Source of the DNA: Phallusia mammillata
Lineage: Eukaryota
NCBI GenBank assembly: GCA_965637545.1
Contig: OZ281494.1
Coordinates: 11,222,001 to 11,286,000, forward strand
DNA length: 64,000 nucleotides
Direction: 5' to 3'
Below are positions 60,050 to 64,000 of the stretch, one piece after another. Made by a program: the position numbers and the translations under genes. The notes below the pieces were generated by a model, which was not told where the DNA came from, did not search any database, and was given only the letters and a program-made list of their open reading frames with translations. How positions within the stretch are numbered: position 1 is the first letter of the stretch; each line of letters opens with the position of its first letter.

Positions 60050-63000
60050 TTATTTGTTGTAGGTAAAAGCGCTCTGACTCCAGTCGTAATAGTTGTACTG
60101 TGGGGCGAATGTGGTGGCTGTGCCTTCGTATGTTGCTTTGGTTTCTATGTTGACAGCAGTCGCAGCAGAGTAAGAAGGTGGAGGGGCTACAAGGAAATAA
60201 AAGTTGTTGAAAGAAATTACATTTCGGCCTACACACTTGAAGCACACATTTCGGCCTACACACTAATGCTGTACGATATGGGCTAAAACTAGAATAGTGG
60301 TTTTCCTATATATTGCCGGGTTATATATATTACATCATATTTAATGATGTACCACATATACCATTTGCTATATTTATAATGGATATATATTTGGCACCCA
60401 CATTTCATTGGGTCCCTATGTTTTTCCTGGCACTTTATAACATAACTTAATGTTTCTGCAAGCATAATCTAATGGGTCCCCACACATATACATATGCGAT
60501 TTGGTAACAGTAAAAATACGGCACAATCATTGTTAGATATTTACCAATTTACTATACACATCATTTGATCTACACATATGATTGTTTTTGCAAGCAAAAA
60601 CGAATGGGTCCCCACACGCGCGTTTGTGCGGATTTATGGTAAACAAACATCCTGGTTATTTTTAGATTCTTAAGGACAAACTTAACCAACTTTAGCCTTA
60701 ACCCAAAAAGTTTGTCCGTATTGTTTTTGCATCATTATTGTCATATAACTACAAAAAAACACAAATATGACAGAAGACAGCATGTAAAACATATTTTTAC
60801 TATTACTGAGCCGATTGCACTGAATTTTTTACCACCCAACAAGGAGCACCCTATCCACAGCTGTTAAAAATTTCAGCAGGTTAAGTCTTGTATTTCTGAC
60901 CTCATTAACATGTGAACAAACAAACAATTATTTGGGGGTAAAGGGGTGAAAATGGATATATACAACTTCAAGTTTCAAAATAGTTTAAAATACGCTGCAA
61001 TGTACCAATCAAAAAGTATGAAACTCCAGAATCATCTGCTTTAGCAAGTATAGTCGTTTTAAAAATTTCACGTTTTGGGGGCCTGTGGGTGAACCGAGGG
61101 GTCAAACGGGGTCAAAATTCACATGGACCATCTTTTGACCAATATCTATAATAAGTGTAAATTTGAAAAAGTTTGAACCATTGTTTCTTGACCAAAACGT
61201 GGGAACAAATTTGCGTTAAAAATTTCACGCTTTTGGGGGCTGTGGGTGAACAGAGGGATCAAACGGGGTCAAAATTCACATGAACCATCTTTAGACCAAT
61301 ATCTATAATGTGTGTAAATATGAAAAAGTTTGAACCATTCTTTCTTGATCAAAACGTGGGAACAAATCCGCGTTAAATTTTTTACATTTTGGGGGGCTGT
61401 GGGTGAACCGAGGGATTAAACGGGGTAATAATTCACATGGACTATCGTTAGACCAATATCTGTAATGTGTGTAAATTTGAAAAAGTTTGAACCATTCTTT
61501 CTTGACCAAAACGTGGGAACAAATCCGCGTTAGAAAGAAAAAAAATATATAGACAAAAACAATATGTGCCCCCTTCAGGGAAGGGGACCCATAATTATAC
61601 GATGTATTTTCGGATACAACAACGTCCAACACATATGTAAAAAAAGAATCATGTTACGTGGGGAGGAAAGGGCGTGTTTTTGACCGTTTTTTCTTGTCTA
61701 ATGTTCAGTAAGTATAGATTAAGGACATAGTACCATTTTTAATAGGCCTGACCGTTTTTCGATTACTGGCTAACTTCATACCCAGGCAATAATACCAGGA
61801 GGGGGTCCAAACTATTTTCGCCGTCTGGAATGCATACATGTGTAGAATATCAATTTTAAAAGATTTGAACACCAGTGTGTTATATAATACGTTTGAGGTG
61901 GGTGGCCGACTAGTGGTCCGAATTGCTTTGAAGAATAATAACAGGTAGTGAATTAGGAAATTACTGGGTTGTTGTCAGTTCGGGCGGTTTGGTCATTCGG
62001 CTGAACAGGTGTAAATCGTTAGAGGTTAGAGTGCTATTAAAATATACAGCGGGTGGTCGGTTTTAAAGGGTTATAAAACGACACAAGTTTCACCAGTTGG
62101 ATAACGCGTACCAAGTTTGTATCCTGTTTCAAGCCAGTGAGAAAAGGCCAACTTCCAAATGCGATGTTTACTAAGGTGTTTCCGGTGTTTGCTTACACTG
62201 ACTTATTCATTACTTATACATGACCAGGCTCGGCTTACCGAAAGGGACGTTTAAACAATGATTTATCTTTTTCCGATACAAATCGTTTTTAAGGGGGATT
62301 TTACACGATTGTGCTGAGCTCCTTAAAAACACACTATGACTGTAACTAAACAAGCTGTTCATTGTATTTTCAAACACCCAGAGCTTTATCAATTTTTTTC
62401 ATGAAAACATGAAAATCATGTTTTTTGGCATGAAAGGTCATGGACTGACCAAAATCTTTCACAAACCCCTAAGCAACGTTTTCCCTGGGTTTTTGATTGA
62501 ACCCCAAGAAGACAGAACTTTGAGCACTGTTGAGAAAGTTGGCATATGTGTACCTTGGAAATTGGTTGGTTGTGGTTGTGGGGCATATTCTGTTGTGTTG
62601 GGAATTGGAGCAGTTGGGACAGGTTGAAAGCTGGTTTCAGCTACTTCTGGTGGTGTTGCCATATTACCCATAGTTGACCGAAGTGGAATGGTTCCAATTT
62701 CAATGGGTGCTGGCACACGTAGATTTATGTGACAAGTTGGCGTCTCAACACATAACTATAAAAAGCGGACACAAAGAAAGCATGGATAAAATTTCAAACA
62801 ATTGTTTAGGTGCAATTTGATTACTTCCCTGGTAACACACCTACACACATAAGCATAGGGCCCAATTAAATTCACAGGAAATAGAACTTCCTATTCACGT
62901 ATTGGTATCAATATGTATATACATAGTATAAATAAAAGATTTACAATTGTAAGGTGGTATTATCACACATCACTAGAAAGTATTATAGGTTTGTGTTACA

Positions 63001-63622
63001 GACTACATTGTTCCAGAAAAAGTTCTCAACCAACCTGAACAAAATATCTAATGTCGATTATGTTGCAGAAGCGTAGTGGTGATGGTGGCAAGGCAGGAAT
63101 CTAGCATGACAGGAAAATATCATTAATATTTGCTTTAGTTTTAGTTAAAAATACCTAAGCCATTACAGTGTCAAATTATCTTACAAAACCAATTGTGTCA
63201 ACTTTGGTACAAAAAAATGTAACAAAAACACTTCTGACACTCAAGTGTCCAGCATAACAAAGCCTTTTACAATTCTTGGCTTTGTTGAAAACTTTCCAAT
63301 GCTAAAATACACCCAAATCACTTTACAATCAGGATGAAATAAGTACACAAAATATAAACCTAACCGACTTAATGTAAAAATCATTTTTATGTGATTGGAT
63401 ACATGTTGTCAGCAGCAGATGAGTAAAAAACTTTAATTGGTATTCTGATATGTTTATAAACATACTTGTAATCTTTGGTTGCTAAGATGGGCGGATGTAT
63501 GGCTACCACATCCTGGACCACGACCAGAAACCAACGTAACAGGAAATGATCGCGACTTTCTGGTCGAGTGTTGTGTCACCATTTGTACTAGATCGTATGA
63601 GCTCCCCTCCAAGGTTGTGGAG
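60050..63622 (-). CDS. Alpha-arrestin (ARRDC/TXNIP family), 3' four exons; 5' part lies beyond the window
   Basis: Exons 63622-63466, 63100-63035, 62755-62554, 60186-60050 are phase-consistent. Arrestin C-domain signature QIPALPPSPLRFCNIIDIRYFVQLCVE...PIEIGTIPL, Pro-rich tail with PPPSY (PPxY). Confidence 0.9.
60400..61595 (+). mobile_element. HINE-like element, second subfamily, with three ~157-158 bp tandem units
   Basis: GGGTCCC(C) motifs at ~60411, ~60475 and ~60606; units starting ~61061, 61218, 61376; same 3' stem-loop CCCCTTCAGGGAAGGGGACCCATAAT as 46510-46535. 5' end approximate. Confidence 0.7.
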
Positions 63623-64000
63623 CTAAAAAATTTAAATTAAAAAAAATGTTATTTGGGACATAAATAAAGACTTATAATATATATGACAAGTGTTTGCTGC
63701 AATGAAATGACAATAAGGTGCTCCACTTCTCTTAAAACTTATTACATCAGCACTTTCTTGTTTTCATTTTTTTTAAAGCAGGATGTTGCATAATTCTTTA
63801 CACAAAAATGAATCAGTGTGTCCACTGTTTAAACAAAATATTTCCTGAATGCATTCTTTAGAAACAGAGTTAGTAATAAGATAAAACAAATAAACAGATA
63901 GAGTTCTCTTTGACATATGTTACGTTAGACCACGGGTCACCAAGCTACGGACCCAGCCCGCAACCACGTTTTGTTTTTTCTTTCCAAACTGTATTGATAA

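Overview
Eukaryotic, AT-rich, intron-dense animal DNA. Short GT-AG introns (down to about 62-70 bp) and vertebrate-like protein sequences suggest an invertebrate chordate such as an ascidian; this is inference, not shown. Seven protein-coding genes could be assembled by hand with consistent splice phases: sorbitol dehydrogenase copy 1 (+, first exon outside the window), threonine synthase-like 2 (+), a diverged sorbitol dehydrogenase paralog (+), an unrecognised ~1210-aa disordered/coiled-coil protein (+), an alkaline phosphatase (-), an adhesion GPCR (+, 5' end unresolved) and the 3' part of an alpha-arrestin (-). Introns and intergenic DNA carry ten hAT-type MITEs or deletion derivatives with 8-bp target-site duplications, a decayed BEL/Pao LTR retrotransposon, a Helentron-associated (HINE-like) family with internal tandem arrays, a ~190-bp satellite and a SINE-like fragment. 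The best leads are the SORD paralog with a systematically rebuilt substrate pocket flanking THNSL2, the adhesion GPCR carrying a furin-site uroplakin-3/R3-PTP-like module, the alkaline phosphatase with an extra pro-region and a non-GPI-like tail, and a 'ghost' of the ALP 5' end inside its own intron. No CRISPR array, rRNA or intact tRNA was seen. Comparisons to human or yeast proteins are from memory, and no database search was run.
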